DNA of 64,000 bases from positions 312 through 64,311 of the IMG/VR virus record IMGVR_UViG_3300006204_000010; one strand, given 5' to 3'. Source of the stretch: a virus. Taxonomy: Duplodnaviria > Caudoviricetes. The translations under genes and the position numbers were made by a program. The notes under the pieces are model-generated. The model ran no database searches. It was not told the origin of the DNA and worked only from the letters and a program-made list of their open reading frames with translations. Shown piece by piece: positions 63,040-64,000 of the stretch (the stretch's first letter is position 1; each line of letters begins with the position of its first letter).

Positions 63040-63456
63040 TCACATTTGTTTCCACGGACATGTATCATACTTACTGCGGTTCACCGGAGCTTTGATCAAT
63101 AATGTTTCATCTCCATAGTGGATCGCATTATGCGTCGCATGTGTTGTTGTAATTAAATATTCCGGGTTCAGCAGAAACTCACTTTTTGTCTGAATATCTT
63201 TCGGATTGACCGGATTCATATGATGAATATAGATCTTTCCATAAATCTCGCGCCCTTCTGCCCCTAAATCACACCCATTGTCCCGCAGTATTACCAAATC
63301 CCGTACCGCTTTCCATTCCGTCGACCTGTAAAACTCTTGATTGATAAACCGGTCAAATCCGAACGTTTCTTTTCCGACAGTTCCATTCAGTTGCAAATAT
63401 CGGAACCGATCTTCGAATGTCTGTAAGTTCGACAATTCCGTAAAGGTTCTAATCAT
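63040..63456 (-). CDS. HNH endonuclease (packaging-associated)
   Basis: RDNGCDLG..IHHMNP..LITT..HNAIH. Confidence 0.8.
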   Translation of the reverse strand: MIRTFTELSNLQTFEDRFRYLQLNGTVGKETFGFDRFINQEFYRSTEWKAVRDLVILRDNGCDLGAEGREIYGKIYIHHMNPVNPKDIQTKSEFLLNPEYLITTTHATHNAIHYGDETLLIKAPVNRSKYDTCPWKQM

Positions 63457-63784
63457 CTGAATTATCCTTCCCGCTGTATGTCCGCATGGCATTCAACGCA
63501 TTTGTATAAAGTTCTTCCACTCTCTGCGCTGATTGCAATGCCTCAGTCCTTGCTCTCAACAGCTCATTTTCTTTTTCCAGTTTTTCCCGTTCCAGCTTTT
63601 CTTTTGTAGAGCCTAGTTTCAGGTAATGCGTAATCACCTGAGACGAAGCCGTCCCTTCCATTAACTGCTTTTCCGCCAAATCCACTGCCAGAGATACCAG
63701 TTGATTCTCCCTTGCTTCCGGAGATAACGCCGGACGAATCTTACGGACAGTCTTTTGGGGCTGGCTTGCCTTTGTTTTTCCCAT
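63449..63784 (-). CDS. Putative terminase small subunit
   Basis: First gene before the HNH; helical with coiled coil; assignment by position. Confidence 0.4.
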   Translation of the reverse strand: MGKTKASQPQKTVRKIRPALSPEARENQLVSLAVDLAEKQLMEGTASSQVITHYLKLGSTKEKLEREKLEKENELLRARTEALQSAQRVEELYTNALNAMRTYSGKDNSDD

Positions 63785-64000
63785 GCTTTACTCCTCCTTC
63801 AGCTTAGATTTCAACTACTTTTTTCTTTGTTTTCTGTTACTTCTATAACACTTTAAAGAGCCTGTAAAGCCGTCACCGATTTAACTTTGAAAGGAGAATA
63901 AACATTAACGGGAGATCGTACCATAGCTTTACAGGCTCTTTGAAGCATTATAAAAAAGAAATCCAATCCCAGAATATCACCCCCCGGGGAATTTTTTAAG

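Noticed and set aside
1-64000. tRNA, rRNA, IS transposase or flanking host genes
   Set aside because: None recognised by eye; tRNAscan-SE/ISEScan would be needed to exclude them formally.

Overview
The window looks like a near-complete ~64 kb temperate siphovirus genome, probably from a Clostridia/Lachnospiraceae-type host (inferred from AGGAGG SDs, sigmaA promoters and gene families). Almost all genes are on the minus strand. Reading from right to left: small terminase/HNH, terminase, portal, protease-capsid fusion, tail module with endolysin, 2935-aa tape measure, tail tip, GT92-like glycosyltransferase, holins, a central large serine integrase, an early region of small genes, a helicase-primase-PolB fusion, SSB, helicase, putative origin, nucleases, and an 892-aa single-subunit DFDGD-type RNA polymerase. 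No host DNA is seen, so this appears to be the non-integrated form. Most notable: (1) the portal carries an in-frame C-terminal HHG..KWG module plus a toxin-like tip, followed by two tandem immunity-like paralogs; a second cassette 33 kb away has the same module (86% nt identity over 91 bp) fused to a different toxin-like domain and its own immunity-like gene. This suggests a portal-tipped polymorphic toxin/cargo system whose LxH-H/YG tag also starts the RNA polymerase and two head-module proteins. (2) A conserved phage-specific promoter-like motif occurs at least 9 times. (3) Five complete TA pairs plus an orphan antitoxin are inserted at separate sites. (4) Several antisense small-ORF cassettes have long-range pairing resembling type I TA loci. 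Family names come from motif recognition and recall, not database searches. No CRISPR, tRNA, rRNA or reverse transcriptase was recognised.
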